DNA of 64,000 bases from an uncultured Fibrobacterota bacterium (GTDB lineage: Bacteria; Fibrobacterota; Chitinivibrionia; Chitinivibrionales; FEN-1185), in contig CAVWBU010000024.1 in the NCBI GenBank assembly GCA_963753345.1, positions 256,001-320,000 of the forward strand, written 5' to 3'. The translations under genes and the position numbers were made by a program. The notes under the pieces are model-generated. The model was not told the DNA's origin. It did no database searches and saw only the letters and a program-made list of their open reading frames with translations. Shown in pieces: positions 31,037 to 41,092 of this stretch (its first letter is position 1; each line of letters starts with the position of its first letter).

Positions 31037-31846
31037 TTAGTCAACCTGCGGGGCGTCCTGCCCTGCCTGCAGGGGCGCTTCTGCGGCCTGGTCCGGCTCT
31101 TTTTCCACGCGCCGCTTCACCAGAATGCGGCCGAACCGTGTTTCCTGCCGGAAGATTATCTCCTGCATTTTGGTGAGCTCAAGGATTGCCATAAACGTCA
31201 CCACGAGCACGATCCTGCGCTTGTCGTCGGCAAACAGGTCTTCAAATGGAATTTCCCGGTCGGCGGCGATCATGCCGAGAACGTGCTCGATGCGGTCGTC
31301 GAGACGCACCATATCGTGGCCGATGACCTGCCGGCTGTCGCCCTCGGCCGCCACGCGGTCAAGCACGCGCTTGAAGGCGGTGATCAGGTCGAACACCGTG
31401 ACCGCGCCCGCGACAAGGCCGTCGTCGGCCGCGGAAAGCGGCGTTACGGGCTCGGCGCTGCCCCGTGTGAAGCAGCCGATCTGCTCGGACTCGAAATGCC
31501 GCAGCGAGTGGGCCGCCTCCTTGTACTTTTTGTATTCGAGGAGCTGCGCGATAAGCTGTTCCCTGTTGTAAATTCCCTCCTCGCCTTCGATCGGCTCCTG
31601 CTCCGACGGCGGCAGGAGCTCGCGCGCCTTGAGGCGGATGAGCGTGCTGGCCATGTACAGGTATTCCGCGGCGATGTCGATGTTGAGCTCGCGCATGAGG
31701 TCGAGATACTCGAGGTACTGCTGGGCGACCTGCGCCACCTGGATCTGCCTGATGTCCACTTCGGCCCGGTTGACAAGGTAGAGCAGCAGGTCGAGCGGCC
31801 CCTCGAACAGCGAAAGCTTGACCTGATATTCCTGTTTCACCTGCAT
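31037..31846 (-). CDS. scpA: Segregation and condensation protein A
   Basis: FEGPLDLLLYL, AAEYLYMAS, KARELLP, VVTFMAILEL. Confidence 0.95.
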   Translation of the reverse strand: MQVKQEYQVKLSLFEGPLDLLLYLVNRAEVDIRQIQVAQVAQQYLEYLDLMRELNIDIAAEYLYMASTLIRLKARELLPPSEQEPIEGEEGIYNREQLIAQLLEYKKYKEAAHSLRHFESEQIGCFTRGSAEPVTPLSAADDGLVAGAVTVFDLITAFKRVLDRVAAEGDSRQVIGHDMVRLDDRIEHVLGMIAADREIPFEDLFADDKRRIVLVVTFMAILELTKMQEIIFRQETRFGRILVKRRVEKEPDQAAEAPLQAGQDAPQVD

Positions 31847-32217
31847 GCGATCGCCTCGATTTCCACCAGGACGTTTTTCGGCAGCGCGGCAACCTCCACC
31901 ACCGACCGCGCGGGCCTCGCGCCGCAAAGTTCTTCCTCGTAGACCGCGTTGAACGCGGCAAAGTCGGCCATGGAGCGGAGGAACACGGTGGTCTTGACAA
32001 GCGCGTCTGTTCCCATCGACTGCGACGAAAGCACGGCCTTGAGGTTTGCAAGCGCCTGCCGCGCCTGGTCGGCGATCGTTGCGCCCGTAACCGCGCCGCT
32101 CGCCGGATCGAGCGGGATCTGGCCCGAAATAAAAACAAAGTCTCCCGACGATACTCCTTGAGAGTACGGGCCCACCGGCTTCGGGGCGTTGGGCGTGTAA
32201 ATCGGCGCTGCCTGCAT
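31837..32217 (-). CDS. ridA: RidA family enamine/imine deaminase
   Basis: APKPVGPYSQ, SGQIPLDP, PARSVVEVAALP, VEIEAIA. Confidence 0.93.
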   Translation of the reverse strand: MQAAPIYTPNAPKPVGPYSQGVSSGDFVFISGQIPLDPASGAVTGATIADQARQALANLKAVLSSQSMGTDALVKTTVFLRSMADFAAFNAVYEEELCGARPARSVVEVAALPKNVLVEIEAIACR

Positions 32218-32228
32218 TCTGTCTCCGG

Positions 32229-34058
32229 TTATTCTACGGTCACGCTTTTTGCAAGGTTTCTGGGCTGATCGATTTCGCATTTCCGGATGGCGGCGATGTG
32301 ATACGCAAGCAGCTGCAGCGGGATAACGGACAACAGCGGGCTCAGCATGGGAATCGTGCACGGCACGTGGATCACATGCGCCGCATGCTTTCTGATGCGG
32401 GTGTCGCCCTCGGTGGCAATGGCGATCACCTTGCCGCCGCGCGCGTTCACTTCCTGAATATTCGAAATCACCTTTTCGTAAACGCTGTCTTTAAGCGCGA
32501 TGACCACGGTCGGCATGTCTTTGTCGATGAGCGCGATGGGGCCGTGCTTCATTTCGGCTGCCGGATATCCTTCCGCGTGAATGTAGGAAATCTCCTTGAG
32601 CTTGAGCGCGCCTTCGAGCGCGACCGGAAAGTTGTAGGAGCGGCCGAGGTAGATAAAGTTGTTGTGCTTCGAGTACTTCTTCGCGATGTCCCGTATCGCT
32701 GCGTTCTGCTTGAGGATTTTCTTCACCTGCTCCGGGATTTTCGCAAGCGCCTGCGCGATGTCAACACCTTGGTCGTGTGAAATCCTGCGCATGCGGCCGA
32801 GAAGCAGCGTGAGCAGGGCCAGCACGGTGAGCTGCGAGGTGAAGGCCTTGGTCGAGGCCACGCCGATTTCCGGCCCGGCGTGGAGGTACACGCCGCCGTG
32901 GGTCTCGCGCGCGATGGACGACCCCACCGCGTTGCAGATGCCGAGCACGGTGGCGCCCTTGTTCGCGGCCTCGCGCAGGGCCGCGAGCGTGTCGGCGGTC
33001 TCGCCGGATTGACTTATGACAAACACGAGGGTGTGCGGGTCTATGATGGGATTGCGGTACCGGAATTCCGAGGCGTACTCCACCTCGGCGGACACGCCCG
33101 CGATTTCCTCAATCATGTGCTCGCCCACGAGCGCGGCGTGCCACGACGTGCCGCACGCCACGAAGATGATGCGATTGATCTGGCGGAGCTGCTGCAACAC
33201 AAGGTTGAGACCGTCGAGCCTGGCGCTGCCGTCGTCAACGAGCAGGCGGCCCCGCATGGCGTTGCGGATGCTGTCGGGCTGTTCGAAAATTTCCTTGAGC
33301 ATGAAGTGCGCGAACCCGCCCTTGGCAAGCGCCTCGGCGCTGTAATCGACGTGCTGAATCTCGTGCACCATAACCTTCTGATCGAGGTCCATCACGGTGT
33401 GGTCGGTGCGGTTGAGCACCACCAGGCTTGAGTCCTTGAGATAGATGACGCGCTTGGTGTAGCGGACAATGGCGCTGGCGTCGGATGCGAGGAAATACTC
33501 GCCGTCGCCCACGCCCACCACGAGGGGCGAGCCGCGGCGCGCGCCCACGAGCACGTTCGGGTTGTCCGCGGCAATCACGGCGATGCCGAACGTGCCGTCG
33601 ACCTCGGCAAGCGCCTTTGAAACGGCGCCCAACAGGTCTCCTTTGTAGTATTTGCCCACGAGCTGGGCAAGCACCTCGGTGTCGGTTTCGGACCTGAAAA
33701 CAACGCCCTCCTTCTTGAGTTTCTCCTTGAGCGTCCCATAATTCTCGATGATGCCGTTGTGGACAAGGGCGATCCTGTTGTGCATGTCGGTGTGCGGGTG
33801 GGCATTCGCCTGCGAGGGCACGCCGTGCGTTGCCCAGCGCGTGTGGGCGATGCCGATGGTGGCCCCTTTTTTCACTTTTTTTTCGGCAAACTCCCTGAGT
33901 TGCGCGACCTTCCCCTTGTTCTTCAGGACGGTGATGTTCCCTTTGTCAATAAGCGCCACGCCGGCGCTGTCGTATCCGCGGTATTCAAGCGCGGAAAGGC
34001 CTTCCATGAGAACAGGAAACGCTTCCCGTTTGCCGACGTATCCGACTATTCCGCACAT
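32229..34058 (-). CDS. glmS: Glutamine-fructose-6-phosphate aminotransferase
   Basis: MCGIVG start, HTRWATHG, SQSGETADT, PRNLAKSVTVE end. Confidence 0.98.
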   Translation of the reverse strand: MCGIVGYVGKREAFPVLMEGLSALEYRGYDSAGVALIDKGNITVLKNKGKVAQLREFAEKKVKKGATIGIAHTRWATHGVPSQANAHPHTDMHNRIALVHNGIIENYGTLKEKLKKEGVVFRSETDTEVLAQLVGKYYKGDLLGAVSKALAEVDGTFGIAVIAADNPNVLVGARRGSPLVVGVGDGEYFLASDASAIVRYTKRVIYLKDSSLVVLNRTDHTVMDLDQKVMVHEIQHVDYSAEALAKGGFAHFMLKEIFEQPDSIRNAMRGRLLVDDGSARLDGLNLVLQQLRQINRIIFVACGTSWHAALVGEHMIEEIAGVSAEVEYASEFRYRNPIIDPHTLVFVISQSGETADTLAALREAANKGATVLGICNAVGSSIARETHGGVYLHAGPEIGVASTKAFTSQLTVLALLTLLLGRMRRISHDQGVDIAQALAKIPEQVKKILKQNAAIRDIAKKYSKHNNFIYLGRSYNFPVALEGALKLKEISYIHAEGYPAAEMKHGPIALIDKDMPTVVIALKDSVYEKVISNIQEVNARGGKVIAIATEGDTRIRKHAAHVIHVPCTIPMLSPLLSVIPLQLLAYHIAAIRKCEIDQPRNLAKSVTVE

Positions 34059-34218
34059 GATTCCGCTCCGAGTGTAATTGAGGGGGAAGGATCCAGCATG
34101 ATGATCGTTGGTGAATAGAAATATAAATGTTTTGAAAAATCCGGGGACAATGATAATGAGAATTGTTATTCTTTCATCACACTGTCGCACAGGAGCCTGC
34201 CCGCACCGTGACCGCGCT

Positions 34219-37200
34219 TTACGCAATCCCCGCTTTTGTTAATTCCGCAAGTTTCTCATCAAGCCGCTTCTGCGAAACCGGGAAAAGCGTCTTGACCTCC
34301 TGCTGGGCGAACAGGGAGATCTTGAATTCCTCCACCATCATACAAAAGTCCAGCGCAAGACTATGGTCATCTTGATGACATTTCTTGAGCTTGGTAAGTA
34401 TTGCAGCGGATTTTTCACGATAGGGCACCACGGTCTGCAGCTTGAGTAGGTACTTCCCAGGATCGGAAAATGCCCTCTGAATCCTGAATCCGAAAGCCTT
34501 GAAATACCGAGGATACTGCATAAGCATCCCGTAACTCAATGCCCCGCCCAGGAAGTGTTCCATGTATGATACAAGCTCGCTTTTCAAATCGGAAGCTGCG
34601 AGTGCATATCCTTTGGAACTGCTTGCCCGCGACCCGGCCTTTAGTTCACCCAGCAGTTCCGGGTATCCTGAAGCAATCTTTGAAATCAAGGTTCCCGCCT
34701 GCGGGCCAACGTCTGCCAGGCGAGACCGCACACGTTTGAGGAGAGCATCGAATTCCCGGAGTTTCAGTATCGACAGGTTCTCATCCGCAAAGCAATGGTC
34801 CCTGATGAGCGAAAACATCGTATCCTTGAGGCCGTCGGCCCTGTCGCCTTTGACAAACGAGGAGAACCGCCGGGCATGCGTCTCGATGTCCCGCTCCAGC
34901 CACGCCAACTCCTTTTCGAGACAGATTTCCACAAGCCTTTTCACACCCCGGGGGTGATTGTCGGCCTGATCGTCCGTGGAGGTGAAAACTGCGATGTCAA
35001 CCGAGCCGTCTCGTTCGACAAGCGATGGATACCCGAACACGGAGAATCCGTTCTTGGCAGGGACGACCTCTAACTGTTGGGGCAAATCTCCGAAATTCCA
35101 GGCCCGGACATCTTTTCTGATCCACTGCCGCGCGGCCTCGCGCCAGGCAGCAACATTGCTGTTGGGTCCGACCGCCTTGCCGCTCTTGTCAACAATCACC
35201 TTGACCATGAGGTGCGGGGGCAGTTCGTGAAAAGGCAGCGCCGCCGGATCAAGCGGCACGTCGATCAACACGGCGGCGCTTTCGCAGACGCTGTCGAGAA
35301 AATCGCCGCCGTCATAGCTAAGGGATGCCGCAATTCGGCGTGCAGCCTCCGCAGTATCCCCCGCTTTCTGCCTGAGTGATTTCGGAAGGCTTTCGAGCAG
35401 AAAGCGGATGCGCGGCTCGTACAGACCAGGTACAATCCAGTCGAACACCGTATTGTTGACAACCGCAAGCTCCTGTGAGGAGATACGAATGCTGGGCCCG
35501 TCGAGCTCCGACGAGGGGTCGAATTCGTAGACAACAGGGAATTCCCCTGCTCCGATGACGACAGAATCCGGAAACCGGGCCACCTCACGACCCGGCCCCT
35601 CGCTCATGAGGTCGGATTCCTTCATGTAAAGAGCGTCCGCAGCGCCGGGTTTTCGCAGAAACGCGTTGAGTTCGTGGACCGACGTGACGCCCGGAATCCT
35701 GGACTTGTAGAACGACGCCATGGCCTCTTCGCCCGCGAAAACGCCGCTTGTGCGAAGTTTCTTTTCAAACCCCTCCACTCGCTTCCGCATCTCGAGGTTG
35801 TGTTGGTAAAACCGGTGCGACGACGTGAGCCTGCCCGCGCAGAGGCCTTCGCGGATGAATACCTCGTTTGCCTCTGCGGGATTTATCCTTCCGTACCCGA
35901 CCATCCGTCCCGCCACGATGACGAGGCCGAAAAAGGAAACCGTCTCCTTTGCCTTGACGCCGCCGGTTTCCGCATCGAAAAACGGCTCGCTGTACCGCCG
36001 TTTGCAAAGGTGCGGGGCGATTGTTTCAAGCCAGAGCGGGTCTATTGATGCGCAGGTGCGGCTGTACAAACGCGAGGTTTCGACCAGCTCGCACGAGACG
36101 ATCCAGTCCGGCTTTTTCTTAAAGAGCGACGATCCGGGAAACACGGCAGAGGTGCGGTCCTTGGCGATCCGGTAGGTGCCGTCGTCGTTTTTCGTTCCCA
36201 CGTGGGAAATAAACCCGGCAACGATGCAGCGGTGGATCTGCTCGTAGGTGGCAACGCCCGCCCTGTTCATAGATGTTTCTTTTGCGCCGACAATCGACGC
36301 AAGCTGGTCGTGAACGTCTTTCCATTCACGAATGCGGACAAAGGAGAGAAAGTTGTCCATGCAGAAACTTTTGAGCTTCGAGAGCGATTGCTTCCCGGGC
36401 CTCACCCATTCACACGCGTCCCACACCTTCAGATAGAAAAGAAAATCGGAAAGCGGGTCGCAGAACCGGGCGTGGGCCGCATCGGCAAGGTCCTTCTTGT
36501 CGGCGGGACGAACGCGCACGTCCTGTACGCTCAGCGCCGATGCGATCACCAGCATCTCCGGCACGCACGATTGCCGATGGGCCTCAAGCAGCATGCGCGA
36601 CACCGCAGGGTCCACGGGAAACCGCGCCATGTTCCGGCCAGTGTCCGTCAGGTTTTTCGATTCGTCAAGCGCGCCGAGCTCCGCAAGCGAGCGGTATCCC
36701 TGCGATATCGCCTGGCGCGGCGGCGCCTGCAGAAACGGGAAGTCCTCGACGCGCCCGAGCCCGAGCGACGCCATCGACAGAATAACCTGCCCGAGGTTTG
36801 AGCGCAGAATCTCCGGCGGCGTGTATTCCGGCCGCGACAGCAGGTCTTTTTCGGAATACAGCCGGACGCACATGCCGTCGCGCACGCGGCCGCACCTGCC
36901 CGCGCGCTGGCGTGCGCTTGCCTGCGACACGGCGCCCACCGGGAGGCGCGTGATGCCCATGGACGGATCGTACTGCTTGATGCGCGCGAGCCCCGTGTCG
37001 ACCACGAAGCGGACATTGGGCACGGTCACCGACGTCTCGGCGATGTTGGTCGCCACGATGATTTTTCTTTTGTCAAATATGCGGAACACCGCGGCCTGCT
37101 CGGAAAGCGGCATCCTGCCGAACAGCGGCGCAACAATGCACGACCGGCCGAGCCTGCCTTCCAGAAGCTGCCGGGTCTCATGGATGTCGCGCTCCGTGGG

Positions 37201-37890
37201 CATGAAGACCAGGATGTCGCCGGAATCCGACGATTCCAGAAGTCCCTGCGCCGCATCAGCAGCGGCATTCACAAAGGAGATTTCCCCGTTCTCGCCGACT
37301 GCGGGCTCCTGATGAAGAATGTCCACGGGAAACATCCTGCCCGAAACCGTGACCACAGGAGCTTTTCCAAAGGCGGCCGCGAAAAGCGCGGTGTCGATGG
37401 TGGCCGACGACAGCACGAGCCGCAGATCCGGCCGCCTGGGGAGAAGCCACCGCATGTAGCCAAGAAGGAAATCTATGTTGAGGCTCCGTTCGTGGACTTC
37501 GTCGATGATCACCACCGCATACCTGCGAAGGTTTCTGTCGGTCTGCAGCTCGCGGAGCAGAATGCCGTCGGTCATGAACTTGATTTTTGTCTGCGCCGAT
37601 TCCCTGTCGGTGAAGCGGACTTTGTACCCGACCAGCGATCCGAGCTGGCATGACATCTGCGACGCCACAAAGGAGGCGACCGACGTTGCCGCAATCCGCC
37701 GCGGCTGCGTGATGCCGATTGTTCCCCGTTGCCCGAAACCAGCCTCAAGGCAGATTAGGGGCAGCTGCGTTGTCTTGCCCGACCCTGTTTCTCCTGCGAC
37801 AACAACGACCTGGGAGGAGCGGATTGCCCGGAGGATCTCGTCCTTCTTGCCGTTGATGGGCAGGCCAGCGGGGACTTCGGGACCGGTCAT
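34219..37890 (-). CDS. hrpA: ATP-dependent RNA helicase HrpA
   Basis: GETGSGKTTQLP, TQPRR, DEVHERS, SAT, QRAGRCGR; DUF3418-like C-terminus (EEFKISLFAQ). Confidence 0.93.
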   Translation of the reverse strand: MTGPEVPAGLPINGKKDEILRAIRSSQVVVVAGETGSGKTTQLPLICLEAGFGQRGTIGITQPRRIAATSVASFVASQMSCQLGSLVGYKVRFTDRESAQTKIKFMTDGILLRELQTDRNLRRYAVVIIDEVHERSLNIDFLLGYMRWLLPRRPDLRLVLSSATIDTALFAAAFGKAPVVTVSGRMFPVDILHQEPAVGENGEISFVNAAADAAQGLLESSDSGDILVFMPTERDIHETRQLLEGRLGRSCIVAPLFGRMPLSEQAAVFRIFDKRKIIVATNIAETSVTVPNVRFVVDTGLARIKQYDPSMGITRLPVGAVSQASARQRAGRCGRVRDGMCVRLYSEKDLLSRPEYTPPEILRSNLGQVILSMASLGLGRVEDFPFLQAPPRQAISQGYRSLAELGALDESKNLTDTGRNMARFPVDPAVSRMLLEAHRQSCVPEMLVIASALSVQDVRVRPADKKDLADAAHARFCDPLSDFLFYLKVWDACEWVRPGKQSLSKLKSFCMDNFLSFVRIREWKDVHDQLASIVGAKETSMNRAGVATYEQIHRCIVAGFISHVGTKNDDGTYRIAKDRTSAVFPGSSLFKKKPDWIVSCELVETSRLYSRTCASIDPLWLETIAPHLCKRRYSEPFFDAETGGVKAKETVSFFGLVIVAGRMVGYGRINPAEANEVFIREGLCAGRLTSSHRFYQHNLEMRKRVEGFEKKLRTSGVFAGEEAMASFYKSRIPGVTSVHELNAFLRKPGAADALYMKESDLMSEGPGREVARFPDSVVIGAGEFPVVYEFDPSSELDGPSIRISSQELAVVNNTVFDWIVPGLYEPRIRFLLESLPKSLRQKAGDTAEAARRIAASLSYDGGDFLDSVCESAAVLIDVPLDPAALPFHELPPHLMVKVIVDKSGKAVGPNSNVAAWREAARQWIRKDVRAWNFGDLPQQLEVVPAKNGFSVFGYPSLVERDGSVDIAVFTSTDDQADNHPRGVKRLVEICLEKELAWLERDIETHARRFSSFVKGDRADGLKDTMFSLIRDHCFADENLSILKLREFDALLKRVRSRLADVGPQAGTLISKIASGYPELLGELKAGSRASSSKGYALAASDLKSELVSYMEHFLGGALSYGMLMQYPRYFKAFGFRIQRAFSDPGKYLLKLQTVVPYREKSAAILTKLKKCHQDDHSLALDFCMMVEEFKISLFAQQEVKTLFPVSQKRLDEKLAELTKAGIA

Positions 37891-38084
37891 GGCTGGCGTC
37901 CCGACGCGCGGCCGGGAGATAACCGTCCCGTCTCAGACCGGCAGCGTCGCAATGTATTGAATGTCATAAAGACACGGGCCTCTCCGTATTCTTTTATGAG
38001 GGAGCTGAGAAAACCGTTGCATCGCGGGTGCATGAGTGATACAATATGCAATCATAGGGAAATCTTCACAAAGAGGACAGCGGG

Positions 38085-38456
38085 ATGAACCGCAAGCTCG
38101 AAGTCGTCGTGGTTGACGACGAAGAACAGATCACCGAACTCCTGAGGACGTTTATCCTCTGCATTGCTCAGGAAATCCGGATCCATACGTTCACCGACTC
38201 CGTGGACGCCAAGGACTTTATTGCGCGCAACCCGGTGGACGTGCTCATCACCGACTACAAGATGCCGCGGCTCGACGGCCTGCAGCTCATGGAATCGGCC
38301 CCTGCCCGCGTAAAAAAAGTGATGATTTCCGGTTTCGTTTCGGAAATCGCGGAGGAAAAACTCCAGAAGCTCAATGCCACGTTTTTCGAGAAACCGGTCC
38401 CCCTGCGCGCCCTGGCAAAAATAATTTCGGAACAGCAGGAAAAACTCAGGCAGTAG
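38085..38456 (+). CDS. Single-domain response regulator
   Basis: VVDDE, ITDYKMPRLDG, ISG, EKP. Confidence 0.92.
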   Translation: MNRKLEVVVVDDEEQITELLRTFILCIAQEIRIHTFTDSVDAKDFIARNPVDVLITDYKMPRLDGLQLMESAPARVKKVMISGFVSEIAEEKLQKLNATFFEKPVPLRALAKIISEQQEKLRQ

Positions 38457-38566
38457 AACGGTGCGGGCGAATTTTTCCTGCCCGCTTTCCACCGCACGGC
38501 CGTCATGCACGCAATTTCCTCCGGCATCCCTTCCCGCGATTTAGTTTTTCGATGGAGTCATCCGCC

Positions 38567-38881
38567 ATGAAAACGGCAATACTGTACATAACCGCCAAAG
38601 ATGCGAAAGAGGCAAGGAAGATCGCCGCGGCGCTCGTGAAGGAGCGGCTCGCGGCATGCGCCAACATCATAGACCGGATTCATTCCGTGTACCGGTGGAA
38701 GGGTAAAATTGAAAAAAATGCGGAGGCCCTGGTATTCGCAAAGACCAAGGCATCGCTGGTGACAAAGGCGATTTCCCGCGTGCGCGAACTTCACAGCTAC
38801 GAATGCCCGTGCATTGTTTCCTTCCCTATTGACAAGGGGAATCCGGACTTTTTAACATGGATCTCCAATGAAACGATGTAA
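38567..38881 (+). CDS. cutA: Divalent-cation tolerance protein CutA
   Basis: LAACAN, SVYRWKG, HSYECPCI. Confidence 0.93.
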   Translation: MKTAILYITAKDAKEARKIAAALVKERLAACANIIDRIHSVYRWKGKIEKNAEALVFAKTKASLVTKAISRVRELHSYECPCIVSFPIDKGNPDFLTWISNETM

Positions 38882-39413
38882 CCTGTTCCCTCTCGCGCTG
38901 CTTGCATGCGCCGCCGCGTCCGCGCTTTCCCTTTTCTGTGCGGGCGGGTATAAACTGATCAGCCTCGACGATCTCGAATACAAGAGATGCTGGCTTTCCA
39001 GGCCCGATGCGGGCATTGCCGTGTTTGCGTCCAAGCAGCCGCTGTACGAAACCGGAAACGTGCAGGCCTACGACGCGTCGGTGAAGCAGAATGCGGGCGT
39101 CTTTGCGGTGAAAATCGAAAACAAAGGCGCGCTTCCCCTGTGCATCGACAGTGGCCATATTTTCGTCCTCGACGGTTCCGGAAACCCGGCCGCAATTGTC
39201 AAGAACGCCCGCGACGCCTCGAAACTGCTCGGCGCCGGGCAATCGTTGGGAGATGATGTTGCCGCGAACGCCCTCTGGGGCAAAACGCTCGAGCCGGGAA
39301 AATCCTACTGCGCCTTCATCTGCGTCACCGCGCCGAAGGACCCGTACTTCGCCACGTATTTCCTGCGGTTTGTCGGCAACAACGGCGAGACGTTGACAGA
39401 GGCGAGGTTTTAA
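38868..39413 (+). CDS. Hypothetical exported protein/lipoprotein
   Basis: Overlaps the cutA stop; hydrophobic N-terminus ending in SLFC. Confidence 0.6.
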   Translation: MKRCNLFPLALLACAAASALSLFCAGGYKLISLDDLEYKRCWLSRPDAGIAVFASKQPLYETGNVQAYDASVKQNAGVFAVKIENKGALPLCIDSGHIFVLDGSGNPAAIVKNARDASKLLGAGQSLGDDVAANALWGKTLEPGKSYCAFICVTAPKDPYFATYFLRFVGNNGETLTEARF

Positions 39414-39500
39414 AAGCGTAGATGCGTAGATGCGTAAAAGCGTGTTTGCGTATATGAAGGATCCGCATTTTCGCATTCTCGCATATGCGCTTTCACGCAT
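39412..39500. repeat. Inverted pair of 8-nt tandem repeat arrays
   Basis: Five NNNNGCGT units (39412-39451) followed by five CGCNNNNN units (39464-39500, last one partial). Confidence 0.75.
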
Positions 39501-40666
39501 TATCCCTTCACCACCCCTAACGGTCGCAGCTTCACCACCACCTCAACTAAATCCCTCTGCGCGTCGATCACCTCATCGATATTCTTGTACGCCTGCGGCG
39601 CTTCGCTCAAGTCAATCTTGCCTTTCCTTCCGCGCGGCCAGGTGTCAAACACAATTCCCTTCATCGCCTGCCGTACCTGCTCATAGGTGAGCGTCCGGTT
39701 CGCTTCATTTCTGCCCATTACCCTTCCCGCGCCGTGTGAACAGGACTGGAAACTGTCGGCATTGCCGAGCCCGCGCACGATGTACGACGACGTCCCCATG
39801 CTCCCGGGAATGATCCCCTCCAGGCCTTTACTGGCGCGAGTTGCGCCCTTGCGATGCACCACGAGCGTCCGGCCGTAATGTGTCTCTTCCGCCGCGAAAT
39901 TGTGGTGGATGTTGATTTCCCGCACAAAACCGCATCGCGTTTCGAATTGCAGCTGTTCGCAGCACACGTCTTTCATCCCGGCCCTGTTTTCGGCCGCGAA
40001 TAGAAGCGCGTAATTCATCGCCGCCATGTATTCCTGGGCCATCGGATTGTCCATGGGCAGATAGGCAAGGTCATTGTCGGGAAGTTCCAGACCGCGCTTG
40101 GTGCAGAACGCAAGCGCCTTGTCGTGATACTCCTTAGCAATTTTGTATCCGAAATTCCTGCTGCCGCTGTGGACCATGAGCCACACGAACCCGTCGCTGC
40201 CCGCCTGGATTTCAATGAAGTGGTTGCCGCCGCCGAGCGTTCCGAGCTGCTTGTGCGCAGAGTCAAGCTCGCGTTGGACAACCGCGACATCCGGAGCGTT
40301 GTCGAACCCGTCCCAATCCTGTGTTTGTTTGTGATGACTGAACCCCATGGGCACCAGCCCGCGGATGCGGTTGAGCACAATGCGCACGGTGTCCGCGTCT
40401 ATTGACGACACAGGAAGATCGGTCTGCACCGCGCACATGCCGCAGCCGATGTCCACGCCCACCGCGTTGGGCACGATGGTGTCGTTGCAGGCAATAACGC
40501 CGCCGATGGGCATGCCGAAGCCTTCGTGGCAGTCGGCCATGAGGGCCACGTGGCCGTAGACAAAAGGGAGTTTCGTGAGGTTGACCGCCTGCGCAAGCGC
40601 GCCCGGCTCAATGGTTTTGCACCAGGACTTGATGGGAATTCGGTGGCCGGAGATGATGGATAGCAT
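39500..40666 (-). CDS. rtcB: RNA ligase RtcB family protein
   Basis: ADCHEG, VGVDIGCG, GTLGGGNHF, HSGSR, HRKGA, PGSMG, SCSHGAGR, EAPQAYK. Confidence 0.96.
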   Translation of the reverse strand: MLSIISGHRIPIKSWCKTIEPGALAQAVNLTKLPFVYGHVALMADCHEGFGMPIGGVIACNDTIVPNAVGVDIGCGMCAVQTDLPVSSIDADTVRIVLNRIRGLVPMGFSHHKQTQDWDGFDNAPDVAVVQRELDSAHKQLGTLGGGNHFIEIQAGSDGFVWLMVHSGSRNFGYKIAKEYHDKALAFCTKRGLELPDNDLAYLPMDNPMAQEYMAAMNYALLFAAENRAGMKDVCCEQLQFETRCGFVREINIHHNFAAEETHYGRTLVVHRKGATRASKGLEGIIPGSMGTSSYIVRGLGNADSFQSCSHGAGRVMGRNEANRTLTYEQVRQAMKGIVFDTWPRGRKGKIDLSEAPQAYKNIDEVIDAQRDLVEVVVKLRPLGVVKG

Positions 40667-40718
40667 GATTGGAAAATAGTTTGAATCAGGTATGATGATA
40701 CCTTGCCATCTTGAAAAG

Positions 40719-40878
40719 AAATTGGGCGTTCCCCTCGCCTTCGTCAAGACGCAGGCTCGGGTCGGCCCTCCTTCCGGTCTCGACCTTCGGCCTCGGGCCG
40801 CCTGCCACAATGGCCCTGCGGGCCGTGGTCAGGCGGCACCGCGCTCCAGCGCGGCCTCCAGTCCTGCCTAACGCGCGG
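40719..40878 (+). repeat. Structured intergenic repeat, copy 2
   Basis: Homologous to 30077-30228. Confidence 0.8.
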
Positions 40879-41092
40879 CAAAAGAACTCCGTTCGGTCAA
40901 TATGTGTCTTCACGCCAGCCGGAACACATGGTGAAAAAATGCCTTTTGCAACGACTCTCCATGGGTGCCCCCCGCAGCAGGGCTTGGTCTTGCAACTACT
41001 TTGTCAAGGGGGCTACCCTGGAGAGGGGAGTGTCGAGGACCGTAGGGCCGAGACCAGGGGAGATACCTCTCCCCCGACGGCTTTATCAATTG

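Noticed and set aside
34059-34218. glmS ribozyme upstream of glmS
   Set aside because: Short AT-rich leader without the recognisable conserved core or pseudoknot.
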